Shown: in pieces, positions 27,906 through 38,396 of the stretch | How the letters are laid out: the number at the start of each line of letters is the position of its first letter | Position numbering within the stretch: the stretch's first letter is position 1 | Assembly: GCA_963735065.1 (NCBI GenBank) | Contig: CAVTJL010000001.1 | Coordinates: 1,894,848-1,958,847, forward strand | Reading direction: 5' to 3' | From: an uncultured Alphaproteobacteria bacterium | Lineage (GTDB): Bacteria; Pseudomonadota; Alphaproteobacteria; Geminicoccales; Geminicoccaceae | Length of the DNA stretch: 64,000 bases | Notes under the pieces: generated by a model | Told to the model about the DNA's origin: nothing | Database searches by the model: none | What the model saw: only the letters and a program-made list of their open reading frames with translations | Program-made: the position numbers and the translations under genes

Positions 27906-27955
27906 TTGACGCCGATACAGTCGAGATATATCTGTCTCTTCGACATATCGAAATC
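27906..27955 (+). promoter_or_regulatory. Candidate promoter/operator upstream of the PadR gene
   Basis: TTGACG is at 27906-27911, followed by AT-rich palindromic elements: gatatatc at 27925-27932, and tcgagatat...atatcga as an imperfect inverted repeat. PadR regulators are commonly autoregulated at inverted repeats. Confidence 0.25.
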
Positions 27956-28537
27956 ATGTCGGATAGAAAGAAGATGAGAGACGGACACAGGCATTGCCGC
28001 GAGCGGCGGTTCGCGCGGGACGAGCTTCACGAGCGGGGCTTCGGGCGGCATGGACGCCATGGGCGGCACGGCGGTGGCGGCAGGCTCTTCGACCATGGCG
28101 AGCTGCGCCTTCTGGTGCTCGCGATGATCGGCGAGAAGCCGCGCTACGGCTACGAGATCATCAAGGCGATCGAGGAGCGCACGGGCGGCTCCTACAGCCC
28201 GAGCCCGGGGGTCGTCTATCCCACCCTCACCATGCTGGAGGAGCTGGGCCACGCCACCATCGAGGCCAGCGAGAGCGGCAAGAAGCTCTATGCGATCACG
28301 CCCGAGGGCACGGCCATGCTGGAGGCCAGCCGCACCGCCCTCGAGGCGATCCGGCGGCGCACCGCGGAGGCGGGTGCCGCCTTCGGCGGGGCGGCCAAAG
28401 CCCCGCTGATGCGGGCCATGGAGAACCTGCGCCTCGCCGTCCGGCTGCGCATGGCGCAGGGCCCCCTGGACGAGGAGCAGGCCCGGGCGATCGCTGCCGT
28501 GATCGACCGTGCCGCCCTCGAGGTCGAGCGGAGCTGA
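27956..28537 (+). CDS. PadR family transcriptional regulator with His/Arg/Gly-rich N-terminal extension
   Basis: ATG 27956 lies within ORF 27719..28537. LLVLAMIGEKPRYGYEIIKAIEERTGGSYSPSPGVVYPTLTMLEELG is the PadR wHTH signature. It is preceded by GRHGRHGRHGGGG. Confidence 0.85.
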   Translation: MSDRKKMRDGHRHCRERRFARDELHERGFGRHGRHGRHGGGGRLFDHGELRLLVLAMIGEKPRYGYEIIKAIEERTGGSYSPSPGVVYPTLTMLEELGHATIEASESGKKLYAITPEGTAMLEASRTALEAIRRRTAEAGAAFGGAAKAPLMRAMENLRLAVRLRMAQGPLDEEQARAIAAVIDRAALEVERS

Positions 28538-28541
28538 GCCC

Positions 28542-28844
28542 ATGACCGAGACATCACGAGCCCGCGTCGCGACCGGGAAAGCCCGGCGCTACATGAGCCA
28601 GCTCGTCAAGCACTTCGCCCACAAGCTCGAGGCCACGCAGGAGGGGGACAGCGGCAGCCTCACCTTTCCTTTCGGCGCCTGCGCCCTCGAGGCCGGCCCA
28701 GACCTGCTCGTGATGCGGGCCGAGGCGGCGGACGAGGAGGCGCTGGGCCGTCTCGAGGAGGTCGTCGCCCGCCATCTCGAGCGCTTTGCGTTTCGTGAGG
28801 AGCTGGCGGTCGCGTGGACCCGCGGCTCGGCCGAGGCGGCCTGA
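28542..28844 (+). CDS. DUF2218 domain-containing protein
   Basis: [22 protein letters not shown]...HLERFAFRE matches the DUF2218 pattern. The start is 4 nt after the PadR stop, so the two are likely co-transcribed. Confidence 0.85.
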   Translation: MTETSRARVATGKARRYMSQLVKHFAHKLEATQEGDSGSLTFPFGACALEAGPDLLVMRAEAADEEALGRLEEVVARHLERFAFREELAVAWTRGSAEAA

Positions 28845-28887
28845 GCGTGGGCCCCGCGTCCGCGCCCCGTCGCCAGATGCCGGCTGC

Positions 28888-30061
28888 TCAGCTCGTGATC
28901 TTGAAAAGCTCGCGGCCGATCAGCATGCGGCGGATCTCGCTGGTGCCGGCGCCGATCTCGTAGAGCTTGGCGTCGCGCAGCAGGCGGCCGGTGGGGTAGT
29001 CGTTGATGTAGCCGTTGCCGCCCAGCGTCTGGATCGCCTGGAGCGCCATCCAGGTGGCCTTCTCGGCGGCGTAGAGGAGGCAGCCCGCGGCGTCCTGGCG
29101 GGTGAGCCTGCCTTTGTCGGCCGCCTTGGCGCAGGCATAGACGTAGGAGCGGCAGGCGTTCATCGTCGTGTACATGTCGGCGAGCTTGCCCTGCATGAGC
29201 TGGAACTCGCCGATCGGCTGGCCGAACTGCTTGCGCTCGTGGACGTAGGGGATCACGGCATCCATGCAGGCCTGCATGATGCCCAAGTGGCCCGCCGGCC
29301 AGGACCAGGCGCTCATAGTCGAGCCCGCCCATCAGCACCCGCACGCCGCCGCCCACCTGGCCCAGCACGTTCTCTGCCGGCACCTCGCAGGCCTCGAAGA
29401 CCAGCTCGCAGGTGTCCGAGCCGCGCATGCCGAGCTTGTCGAGCTTTTGCGCCGTGCTGAAGCCCGTGAAGCCCTTCTCGACGATGAAGGCCGTGATGCC
29501 CTTCGGGCCGGCCGTGGGGTCGGTCTTGGCATAGACGATCAGGACCTCGGCCTCGGGGCCGTTGGTGATCCACATCTTGCTGCCGTCGAGGACGAAGCGG
29601 TCGCCCTTGCGCTGGGCCCGGGTGCGCATCGAGACCACGTCCGAGCCGGCGCCGGGCTCGCTCATCGCCAGCGCCCCCACATGCTCGCCCGAGATCAGCT
29701 TGGGCAGGTAGCGGCGCTTCTGCTCCTCGCTGCCGTGCAGGCGGAGCTGGTTGACGCAGAGATTGCTGTGCGCGCCATAGGAGAGGCCGACCGAGGCCGA
29801 GGCGCGGCTCACCTCCTCCATCGCGATGCTGTGCTCGAGATAGCCGAGGCCGGCGCCGCCATAGGTCTCGTCGACGGTGACGCCCAGGAGGCCCAGCTCG
29901 CCCAGCCGCGGCCAGAGCTGGCGCGGGAAGCGGTTGGTCCGGTCGATCTCGGCCGCGATCGGCAGGATCTCGCGGCCGGCGAAGTCGGCCACGGTGTCGC
30001 GGATCGCCTCGGCAGTGTCGCCGAGATCGAAGTCGATCGATGGGCAGGTGACCTGGGCCAT
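28888..30061 (-). pseudogene. ivd: Isovaleryl-CoA dehydrogenase, interrupted by a +1 frameshift at the C-run 29282-29284
   Basis: The N-terminal 250 aa lie in ORF 28589..30061 (...[15 protein letters not shown]). The C-terminal part lies in ORF 28888..29316 ([27 protein letters not shown]...). Deleting one G from cttgggcatcatg on the minus strand restores [12 protein letters not shown]. Confidence 0.9.
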
Positions 30062-30112
30062 TGCCGTCTCGCCTCCCGAATCGGTGGTTTCTTGGGGCCA
30101 GCCACCCCGTCG

Positions 30113-31489
30113 CTACAAGAGGAAAACCACGGCCAGGGCCAGAAAGGCGAAGAAGCCGACGACGTCGGTGACGGTCGTCACGAAGACGCTGGAGGCGATC
30201 GCCGGATCGAAGCCCAGACGGTCGAGGACGAGCGGGATGGTGACGCCGGCCATGCCGGCGGCGACCAGGTTGCAGACCATGGCGAGCCCGAAGACCATCG
30301 CCAGGCGCAGGTCATGAAACCAGACGATGACGACAAGGGCGCCGATGGCGAGGAAGACGATGCCGTTCAAGGCGCCGACGACCAGCTCCTTGAGGAAGAT
30401 GCGCATGGCGTTGGCAGGCGTCAGCTCCTTGACCGCGAGCGCGCGCACCGCCACGGTCAGGGTCTGGGTGCCGGCATTGCCGCCCATCGAGGGCACGATG
30501 GGCATGAGCACGGCCAGCGCCACGAGCTGCGCTATGGCGCCCTGGAACTGGGCGATGACGGCCGAGGCCAGGATCGCCGTGCCGAGATTGACGACGAGCC
30601 ACGGCATGCGGCCGAGGCTGGTGCGCCAGGGCGGGGCGAAGATGCCGGTCTCCGAGACACCGCCCAGCCGGAGGATGTCCTCAGCGGCCTCCTCCTCGAT
30701 CACGTCGACCACGTCGTCGACCGTGATGACGCCCAGAAGCCTGCCATCGGTGCCGACGACAGGTGCCGAGACCAGCCCGTACTGGCGGAACATGAAGGCC
30801 ACCTGCTCCTGGTCCATGCCGGGCTCGATCAGGCGCAGCTCCTTGAGCTTCAGATCCCTCAAGGGGCGCTCGCGCGGGCTCCTGAGCATGTTGCTCAACG
30901 GCACGGCACCCACCGGGCGGAAGCGCGGATCGACCAGGATGATGTCGTAGAAGGTCTCGGGCAGCTCCGCCGCGCTACGCAGATAGTCGACGGCCTGGCC
31001 GACGGCCCAGTAGTCGGGCACGGCCACGACCTCGCGCTGCATCAGGCGGCCGGCGCTCTCCTCGGGGAAGGCCAGCCCCTCCTCGATCGCCGTGCGATCC
31101 GCCGCCGACAGGCGCGAGAGGATCGCCATCTGCTCGGCCGGCTCGAGATCGCTCAGGAGCGTGACGGCGTCGTCGGTGTCGAGCTCGGTGACGACGCGCG
31201 CGATGCTGCGGGCGTCGAGCGGCCCGAGCAGCTCGTCGCGCACCGCCTCCGCCAGGTAGACGAAGGTGTCGGGGTCGAGCTTGGGACCGATCGCACGCAC
31301 CAGCGCCGCCCGGCGCTCGGGCTCCAGCTGCTCGATGAGGTCCGCGAGATCGGCTGCGTGCAGCGGCAGGGCGAGCTGGGCTGCCCTCTCGGGGTCACCT
31401 GCGGCCAGGGCGTCCCGGACGTCCCGGATCAGCTCGTCGCTGAGCTCGAGTGGCCGCTGCTCGCCGCCGGCCGCCTCGGCTTCCGTCAT
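30113..31489 (-). CDS. mgtE: Magnesium transporter MgtE
   Basis: It has an MgtE N-domain, tandem CBS domains and a C-terminal TM domain with PIVPSMGGNAGTQ. ATG 31489 lies within ORF 30113..31546. Confidence 0.95.
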   Translation of the reverse strand: MTEAEAAGGEQRPLELSDELIRDVRDALAAGDPERAAQLALPLHAADLADLIEQLEPERRAALVRAIGPKLDPDTFVYLAEAVRDELLGPLDARSIARVVTELDTDDAVTLLSDLEPAEQMAILSRLSAADRTAIEEGLAFPEESAGRLMQREVVAVPDYWAVGQAVDYLRSAAELPETFYDIILVDPRFRPVGAVPLSNMLRSPRERPLRDLKLKELRLIEPGMDQEQVAFMFRQYGLVSAPVVGTDGRLLGVITVDDVVDVIEEEAAEDILRLGGVSETGIFAPPWRTSLGRMPWLVVNLGTAILASAVIAQFQGAIAQLVALAVLMPIVPSMGGNAGTQTLTVAVRALAVKELTPANAMRIFLKELVVGALNGIVFLAIGALVVIVWFHDLRLAMVFGLAMVCNLVAAGMAGVTIPLVLDRLGFDPAIASSVFVTTVTDVVGFFAFLALAVVFLL

Positions 31490-31496
31490 GCCGGGC

Positions 31497-33791
31497 TCAC
31501 GATCCCGAAGCCGGAGCTTGCCCGCTGCCCGCGATCGCGTCGCCACAGGCGACGGCGCTCATGTTGACGATGCCACGCGCCGTCACCGAGCCGGTGACGA
31601 TGTGCGCCGGCAGCGCCGGCCCGACCAGAACCGGGCCGATCGAGACGACCCCTGTGACGCTCTTCAGGAGATTGTAGGCGATGTTCGCCGCATCGAGGCT
31701 CGGCATGATCAGGAGGTTGGCGCGGCCGATCAGCCGGGAGCTGGGCAGGGCCCGGCCGCGGATGATCTCCGAGAGCGCGGCATCGGCGTGCATCTCGCCA
31801 TCGACCTCGAGCTCGGGCGCGTGGGACCGGACGATCTCGAGCGCCTCGCGCATCTTGCAGGCCGAGGGCGTGTTGGCCGTGCCGAAATTGCTGTGGGAGA
31901 GAAGCGCCACCTTGGGCTCGATGCCGAAGCGGCGCACGACCTCGCTCGCACGGAGCGTCGTCTCGGCGATGCCGGCGGCCGGAGGATCGTAGATGACGTT
32001 GGTGTCGGCGATGAAGAGCGGGCCGTTGTCGAGCACGAGCGCGTGCACGGTCGAGGCTTCCTGCACGCCGGGCTGCAGGCCGATGAAGCCGCAGATGTGA
32101 CGGAGATGGCTCTCGAACGAGCCGACCGGGCCGGCGAGCAGGGCATCGGCCTCGCCGCGCTGGAGCATGATGGCGCCGATCACCGTGCGACGTGTCCGGA
32201 CGATCTCGCGCGCATGCTGTGGCGTCACGCCTCGCCGCGCCATCCGCTCGAGATAGAGGGCCACATACTCGTTGTAGCGGGGGTCGCTGTCCGGGTTGCA
32301 CAGCTCGAAGTCGCGGCCGACCTGGAGCCTGAGGCCGAGCCGCGCGATCCGCGTCCCGATCACCTCCGGCCGGCCGATGAGGATCGGCCTTGCGAGGCCC
32401 TCATCGACGACGACCTGCACGGCGCGCAGCACGCGCTCCTCCTCGCCATCGGTGTAGACGAGACGCTGCGGGGCGCTGCGGGCCAGGTCGAACAGCGGGC
32501 GCATCAGCAGGCCCGAGCGGAAGACCCGCTGGCTGAGGCTCTGGCGGTAGGCGTCGAGGTCGGCGAGCGGGCGCGTCGCGACGCCGCTCTCCATGGCGGC
32601 TTTCGCCACGGCCAGGGGGACATCGACGATGAGGCGGGGATCGAACGGCTTGGGGATGATGTAGTCCGGCCCGAAGGTGAGCTGCTCGACGCCATAGACG
32701 GCGCTGACGCCCTCCGGTGTCGTGGCGCGTGCCAGTCCCGCGATGGCCTCGACACAGGCGACCTTCATCGCCTCGTTGATCGTGGTGGCGCCCACGTCGA
32801 GCGCCCCCCGGAAGATGAAGGGAAAGCAGAGAACGTTGTTGACCTGGTTGGGAACGTCGCTTCGCCCGGTGGCGATGATGGCATCGGGCTTCACCGACCG
32901 GGCGAGCTCGGGGTCGATCTCGGGCGTTGGATTGGCAAGCGCCAGAATGAGCGGCCGGTCGGCCAGTGTGGCCGCCATCTCAGCGGTCAGCACGTTGGGC
33001 GCCGAGAGGCCGAGGAAGATGTCCGCGTCGCGGACGGCCTCGGCCAGCGTGCGTGCCTCGGTCTCCCGGGCGTAGCGCTCCTTGTGCGGGTCCATGAGCA
33101 CGGCGCGGCCGGCATAGACCACGCCCTCGATGTCGGTGACGAGGATCTTTTCCTTCTGAGCGCCCAGCGCCACCAGCAGATCGAGGCAGGCGAGGGCCGC
33201 CGCACCGGCGCCGCAGACGGTGATCCGCACATCCTCGAGCCGCTTGCCCGCGAGCACGAGGCCGTTCCGGATCGCGGCGGCCACGATGATGGCCGTGCCA
33301 TGTTGGTCGTCGTGAAACACCGGAATGCGCATGCGCTCCCGGAGGCGCGCCTCGATCTCGAAACACTCCGGCGCCTTGATGTCCTCGAGATTGATGGCGC
33401 CGAAGGTGGGCTCGAGGGCAGCCACGATGTCGACGAGCTTCTTAGGGTCGGTCTCGTCGATCTCGATATCGAAGGCATCGATGCCGGCGAAGGTCTTGAA
33501 GAGGACGGCCTTGCCCTCCATCACGGGCTTGCCTGCGAGCGGGCCGATCGCGCCGAGGCCCAGCACCGCGGTGCCGTTGGTCACTACGGCCACGAGATTG
33601 CCGCGCGACGTCAGCTCGGCCGCCGCCACGGGCCTCTTGACGATCTCCAGGCAGGCGGCGGCGACGCCCGGCGAGTAGGCGAGCGAGAGATCGCGCTGCG
33701 TGGCGAGCGGCTTGGTCGCCACCACCGCCAGCTTCCCCGGTGGAGGCTGCCGGTGGTAGTCGAGAGCCTCCTCGTCCCGTCGATCCGTCAT
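31497..33791 (-). CDS. maeB: NADP-dependent malic enzyme (malic enzyme + phosphotransacetylase-like domain)
   Basis: ATG 33791 ([13 protein letters not shown]). The malic enzyme blocks are [22 protein letters not shown] and FHDDQHGTA, with a C-terminal PTA-like domain. Confidence 0.95.
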   Translation of the reverse strand: MTDRRDEEALDYHRQPPPGKLAVVATKPLATQRDLSLAYSPGVAAACLEIVKRPVAAAELTSRGNLVAVVTNGTAVLGLGAIGPLAGKPVMEGKAVLFKTFAGIDAFDIEIDETDPKKLVDIVAALEPTFGAINLEDIKAPECFEIEARLRERMRIPVFHDDQHGTAIIVAAAIRNGLVLAGKRLEDVRITVCGAGAAALACLDLLVALGAQKEKILVTDIEGVVYAGRAVLMDPHKERYARETEARTLAEAVRDADIFLGLSAPNVLTAEMAATLADRPLILALANPTPEIDPELARSVKPDAIIATGRSDVPNQVNNVLCFPFIFRGALDVGATTINEAMKVACVEAIAGLARATTPEGVSAVYGVEQLTFGPDYIIPKPFDPRLIVDVPLAVAKAAMESGVATRPLADLDAYRQSLSQRVFRSGLLMRPLFDLARSAPQRLVYTDGEEERVLRAVQVVVDEGLARPILIGRPEVIGTRIARLGLRLQVGRDFELCNPDSDPRYNEYVALYLERMARRGVTPQHAREIVRTRRTVIGAIMLQRGEADALLAGPVGSFESHLRHICGFIGLQPGVQEASTVHALVLDNGPLFIADTNVIYDPPAAGIAETTLRASEVVRRFGIEPKVALLSHSNFGTANTPSACKMREALEIVRSHAPELEVDGEMHADAALSEIIRGRALPSSRLIGRANLLIMPSLDAANIAYNLLKSVTGVVSIGPVLVGPALPAHIVTGSVTARGIVNMSAVACGDAIAGSGQAPASGS

Positions 33792-33837
33792 GATGCGCCC
33801 CTCGTTCGCCACCCCGGCCGCGGCTGCCGGTGGTAGG

Positions 33838-34278
33838 TCAATGCAGGGGGTGAAGCAAGTGAGGGTCCAGCCCTGCAACCCCGTCATACGCGATCAGTCT
33901 ATCCACGGTCTCGAAGCCCTCGATCAGGGCGCGGCCGCTGTGGTAGGGGCCTTTCCCCGGGGCGGGCTGTCGGGCCATAGGCCCTCCCGTCGCTCGCGAG
34001 CCTCGGCGTGCCACCTCGTGACCTCGCCCGCCCGTCAGTCGATAGAGCTCGAGCATTCCCAAGAGGGCATCGCCCTGCAGCCACCAGATCTTCCGCCGAT
34101 CGGTGGCCGGCTGTCCAGGCGCACCCCCGCTCCACAGCCCGCCCAGGGCCAGCCTCTGCGAGCGACCGCGGCGACCCGCTGGGTAGAGCGATGCGAGGCC
34201 TTTCCGAATGGGAAGAGCGCCCGCTGTTGGATGCCGGCATGCGTTCGGGAGAGCCATCGGGTGGGCCAAAGGGGTCAC
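33838..34278 (-). pseudogene. Probable C-terminal fragment of an N-acylglucosamine 2-epimerase (AGE) family gene
   Basis: The ORF translation ...GGLWSGG...DRRKIWWLQGDALLGMLELYRLTG...GKGPYHSGRALIE parallels the AGE-family C-terminal blocks (k.wW.qaEal.g.l.ay.ltg ... K.pYH..Ral.e). It is shortened between blocks and lacks the N-terminal ~250 aa, because the adjacent oxidoreductase gene ends at 34319. Confidence 0.35.
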
Positions 34279-34318
34279 CCGGGGCCCCTCCGGCGGCCGG
34301 CTTCCTCGGAGGAAACGT

Positions 34319-35713
34319 TCAGGGGCCGTCCGAGGCCGTCAACGGCTTCAGGCTCTGCAGCATGGTCGGGATCAGCTCCGAGACGGTCGGGTGGATGTGC
34401 ATGGCCCGCTGGATGACCGTGTAGGGCATCTTCGCATACATGATGTCCAGCAGGGAGTGGATGATCTCGTCGCCCCCGATGCCGAGGAGGGCGGCCCCTA
34501 GGATCCTATGGTCCTCAGCGTCCACCAGGATCTTCATGAAACCTTTCGTCTCGCCGCGCTCGACGGCGCGGCCCACCCGCTCCATGGCCAGCTTGGCCAT
34601 CAGAGCAGGCCGGCCTATGCCTCGAGCCTGCGTCTCGGTCAGGCCCGCGCGGCCGAGAGGCGGGTCGATGTAGAGATTGTAAGCCGTGATGCGGTCAGCG
34701 AGGTCGCGAGGCTCATTGTCCAGGAGATTGGCGGCGACGATCTCGAAGTCGTTGTAGGAGGTGTGGGTGAAGGCTCCCTGGCCGTTGCAGTCGCCCATTG
34801 CCCAGATGCCGGGGACGTTCGTCCTCAGTTTGCCATCAACCTTGATGTAGCCTCGTGCGTCCGTCTCGACTCCGGCTTTCTCGAGGCCAAGGTCGTCGGT
34901 GTTGGGGCGGCGGCCGGTCGCCACCAGAAGATGGGAGCCCGAGACTGTTTCGGTGCGGCCGCCCACTGTAGCCGTGGCGACGATCATGTCGCCCTGCCGC
35001 TCGAAGCCAAGGCACTCGGCACCGGTGAGGACCCTTGTTCCCTCGTCCTCGAGGATGCCTCGGACGGCCAGGGACACATCCTCGTCCTCGCGCTCGATCA
35101 GCCTGGATGCCCGCTCGATGATCGTCACCTCGCTGCCGAAGCGTCGGTACATCTGCCCGAACTCGAGCCCGATATAGCTGCCACCCAGGATGACCAGGTG
35201 CTGGGGCAGGAAGTCGACAGCCATCATTGTGGCATTGGTCAGGTAGGGGAGGCCCTCCAGGCCGGAGACCGAAGGAGGCGCGGCGCGACCACCGACGTTG
35301 ATGAAGATCCTCGGTGCCTCGATCAGCTCATCGCCGACCCTGACCGTGGTGGGGCCTTCGAACCGGGCATGGCCCTGATAGACCGTGCAGCGAGCCATCC
35401 CGCGCAGCCAGCTCTCCACTCCCTCGTTCGAGCGGCGGACGACCGCGTCCTTGCGGGCCTTCACGCGGGTCATGTCGACCATGATCGGCGCATCGACGAC
35501 GATGCCGAACTCCCCCGCACGTCGTGCTACGTGCGCTGCACGGGCGCTGGCGACCAGGGTCTTTGTCGGCACGCAGCCCGTGTTGACGCAGGTCCCACCG
35601 AACAGATTGCGCTCGACGATGGCGACCCGCCAGCCTGCGTCGGTCAGGCGGCCGGCCAGAGCCGGCCCTGATTGCCCGGCGCCGATGATCAGCGCGTCGA
35701 ACCGGCTCGGCAT
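34319..35713 (-). CDS. FAD-dependent pyridine nucleotide-disulfide oxidoreductase (class I, mercuric/glutathione reductase-like)
   Basis: An N-terminal GAGQSG dinucleotide fold, the redox-active GGTCVNTGCVPTK motif and a C-terminal dimerisation domain with HIHPTVSE. Confidence 0.85.
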   Translation of the reverse strand: MPSRFDALIIGAGQSGPALAGRLTDAGWRVAIVERNLFGGTCVNTGCVPTKTLVASARAAHVARRAGEFGIVVDAPIMVDMTRVKARKDAVVRRSNEGVESWLRGMARCTVYQGHARFEGPTTVRVGDELIEAPRIFINVGGRAAPPSVSGLEGLPYLTNATMMAVDFLPQHLVILGGSYIGLEFGQMYRRFGSEVTIIERASRLIEREDEDVSLAVRGILEDEGTRVLTGAECLGFERQGDMIVATATVGGRTETVSGSHLLVATGRRPNTDDLGLEKAGVETDARGYIKVDGKLRTNVPGIWAMGDCNGQGAFTHTSYNDFEIVAANLLDNEPRDLADRITAYNLYIDPPLGRAGLTETQARGIGRPALMAKLAMERVGRAVERGETKGFMKILVDAEDHRILGAALLGIGGDEIIHSLLDIMYAKMPYTVIQRAMHIHPTVSELIPTMLQSLKPLTASDGP

Positions 35714-35980
35714 CGCGCTTCCTCTCTCACCAAGACGCAGCGAGCATTGGCCTTATCAGGGCCGTGGCGCCTCGACCTCAGCATGGCATTGATCTCGCCA
35801 TCGTGGAACGGCCGAAAACGGCGAGCGACAGGACCATGCGACAAGACGTGGACCGCCGGCCGGCCCATGCTATGTTAATGTTCTTCAAGGTTGCGGCGCT
35901 TTCCTGGCAGGCGGCCGGATAGGATGTCGAGCCATGGGAGCCCGATGGCCCTGCTCAGCAGCGGTCAGGGAGAGAAGAAC

Positions 35981-36859
35981 ATGGCCATTCGTGACCACAT
36001 CCGGAATCCCGCCGAGTGGGGCTGGGATCAGCTCAAGGATGCCAACGTCGCCGCCGGCAGGGCCGGCCGTTCCCTCTGGCGGAGCGAGGCCGATCGCCGC
36101 GCTCCGGTCCCGGAGGTCCGCAGGATCGAGGCACACGACCTCAATGAATGCCTGAAGCTCGGCCTTGCCGACTTCGCGGCGTACCGGACCGATGTCATCT
36201 TCCTCTGCCTGATTTACCCGGTGGCGGGCCTCGTCCTGGCGCGGCTGGCCTTCGGCTACGAGATGCTGCCGCTCCTGTTCCCGCTGGCGTCCGGCTTCGT
36301 GCTCGTCGGCCCGGTGGCGGCGATCGGTCTCTATGAGATGAGCAGGCGGCGCGAGCAGGGGGCCAAGATCGGCTGGGGCGACGCGTTCGGCGTGGTCAAG
36401 GCGCCGGCCTTCGGCGCGATCCTCGTGCTGGGCCTTCTGCTTCTCGCGATCTTTCTCTTGTGGCTGCTCGTGGCCTACGGGATCTTCGCGGCCACGCTGG
36501 GCCCCGAGAAGCCGACCGCGGTCGGCTCGTTCCTGCGTGATGTGCTGACGACCGGCGCCGGCTGGGCGATGATTGTCGTCGGCTGCGGCGTCGGATTCTG
36601 CTTCGCCCTCCTCGTGCTGACGATCAGCGTGATATCGTTCCCGCTGTTGCTCGACCGCGAGGTGGGCCTGGGCACGGCGATCTCGACCTCGGTTCGTGCC
36701 GTACGGGCCAACCCGGGGCCGATGGCGCTATGGGGCCTTGTTGTGGCCGCAGGCCTGGTGCTCGGTGCGATACCGCTGCTCCTGGGCCTGGTCGTCGTGA
36801 TGCCGGTGCTGGGTCACGCCACCTGGCATCTCTATCGCAAGGTGGTCGTGGCGCGCTGA
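35981..36859 (+). CDS. DUF2189 domain-containing integral membrane protein
   Basis: ATG 35981 follows GGGAGAG. AYRTDVIFLCLIYPVAGLVLARLAFGYEMLPLLFPLASGFVLVGPVAAIGLYEMSRRREQG matches my memory of DUF2189 proteins. Confidence 0.8.
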   Translation: MAIRDHIRNPAEWGWDQLKDANVAAGRAGRSLWRSEADRRAPVPEVRRIEAHDLNECLKLGLADFAAYRTDVIFLCLIYPVAGLVLARLAFGYEMLPLLFPLASGFVLVGPVAAIGLYEMSRRREQGAKIGWGDAFGVVKAPAFGAILVLGLLLLAIFLLWLLVAYGIFAATLGPEKPTAVGSFLRDVLTTGAGWAMIVVGCGVGFCFALLVLTISVISFPLLLDREVGLGTAISTSVRAVRANPGPMALWGLVVAAGLVLGAIPLLLGLVVVMPVLGHATWHLYRKVVVAR

Positions 36860-37001
36860 TGGTATCGGAGCGGGCGCTCCCGGGGAGCCGAAGGCTCTTG
36901 CCGCGGGCTTCCTTGGAATCCTCCGCGCAATAACCGCTGGCGCCACGGCACGTGGCTGGCGTCGTTCACGGCGAGGGATCGGAGCCTTCATCGGGGAGTG
37001 A

Positions 37002-37088
37002 TGGTGCGGTCGAGAAGACTCGAACTTCCACGGCCTTTCGGCCACCAGCCCCTCAAGCTGGCGCGTCTACCAATTCCGCCACGACCGC
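37002..37088 (-). tRNA. tRNA-Leu (anticodon GAG)
   Basis: The reverse complement is gcggtcgtggcggaattggtagacgcgccagcttgaggggctggtggccgaaaggccgtggaagttcgagtcttctcgaccgcacca. It folds as a cloverleaf with a long variable arm, anticodon loop ttGAGgg and an encoded CCA. Confidence 0.95.
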
Positions 37089-37164
37089 ACTATGTCCTCG
37101 GGCGCGTCCCCGACGCTCGAGGACCCGCGATCTATCAAATGCCCCGGAGCGTGACAAGAGCAGG

Positions 37165-37809
37165 ATGCTAGCAACGACCATTCAGTGTGAGTGGCGCCTG
37201 AGCCAGGGCTCCGTCGGCTACGAGGCCGCGGTGCGGGAAATGGAGCAGCGCGTGGAGGCCGTTCGGGCTGGGGAGGCCGATGAGCTGGTCTGGCTCCTCG
37301 AGCACCCGCCCGTCTACACCGCCGGGACCAGCGCCAGCCCCGACGAGCTGCTGGCTCCGCTGCGGTTTCCGGTCCACAGGACCGGACGCGGTGGTCGCTA
37401 CACCTATCACGGGCCAGGCCAGCGCGTGGTTTATGTGGTACGGGACTTGGGCCGCCGAGATCGCGATCTCAGGCGTCATGTCTGGCGGCTCGAGGAGCTC
37501 GTCATCCGGTCGCTCGCTGACCTCGGCATCGAGGGCGAGCGACGTGACGGGAAAGTCGGCATCTGGGTGGCTCGGCCCGGTGCGCCGGAGGCGAAGATCG
37601 CGGCGATCGGTGTGCGGGTAAGGCATTGGGTGACCTTTCATGGCGTCGCGATCAACCTCGACCCCGATCTCGAGCACTTCTCGGGTATCGTCCCATGCGG
37701 CCTTGCGGGTTTCGCCGTGACGTCGATCCGCGGCCAGGGCAGTGTTGCCTCGATGGGCGATCTCGACGCCGCGATCCGACGCAACTTCTCCTCGGTCTTC
37801 GAGGACTAG
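37165..37809 (+). CDS. lipB: Lipoyl(octanoyl) transferase
   Basis: The LipB blocks are LLEHPPVYTAG, RGGRYTYHGPGQ, KIAAIGVRV and FHGVAINL. Confidence 0.9.
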   Translation: MLATTIQCEWRLSQGSVGYEAAVREMEQRVEAVRAGEADELVWLLEHPPVYTAGTSASPDELLAPLRFPVHRTGRGGRYTYHGPGQRVVYVVRDLGRRDRDLRRHVWRLEELVIRSLADLGIEGERRDGKVGIWVARPGAPEAKIAAIGVRVRHWVTFHGVAINLDPDLEHFSGIVPCGLAGFAVTSIRGQGSVASMGDLDAAIRRNFSSVFED

Positions 37810-37811
37810 CG

Positions 37812-38387
37812 TTGGTGACACGACGCCGCCCGCCGGCCGTCTGGCGGCCGACCACTCTGTTGGCTGCCCTGGTGACCGGGCTCGTTTTTTTGTCGCTCTG
37901 CGCGCCACCAGCGCTGGCCGCCTGTACCGATGCCGCTGCGCCGGGTGTGCAGTGGCGCCGCTGTATCGTCGACGGGCTCGACCTCAGCGGCGCTGACCTC
38001 AGCGGTGCCGATCTTCGGGACACCTCATTCAACCGCGCGAACCTGAGCGGGGTGGTGCTGCGCGGTGCCAACCTGCGAGGTGCGAAGCTCCTGTCGGCGA
38101 GCCTCGTCGGTTCCGTCCTGGACGATGCCGACCTGACCGAGGCGGATCTCACCAATGCCGACCTGACCCGAGCATCGCTGCGCCAGGCGAGCCTCAAGCG
38201 TGCGCGCCTCTATGCCACCGCTCTCGAAGGTGCCGATCTGACGGGCGCCTCACTGGAAGGCGCGGACATGCTCCGCGCCGACCTCGCCGGTGCTCGCTGG
38301 ATCGACGGCAAGACGATCTGCGGGACCGGCTCGATCGGCCGCTGCCAGCCCGAGCGCAAGCCCGAGGCGGCCGGGCTCGATCACTGA
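37812..38387 (+). CDS. Pentapeptide-repeat protein with signal peptide
   Basis: The start is TTG 37812 or GTG 37815, directly after the lipB stop. There is a hydrophobic leader ending ALA-AC, then consecutive A(D/N)LxG pentapeptides (GADLSGADLRDTSFNRANLSG...). Confidence 0.85.
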   Translation: MVTRRRPPAVWRPTTLLAALVTGLVFLSLCAPPALAACTDAAAPGVQWRRCIVDGLDLSGADLSGADLRDTSFNRANLSGVVLRGANLRGAKLLSASLVGSVLDDADLTEADLTNADLTRASLRQASLKRARLYATALEGADLTGASLEGADMLRADLAGARWIDGKTICGTGSIGRCQPERKPEAAGLDH

Positions 38388-38396
38388 CGGAACGCG

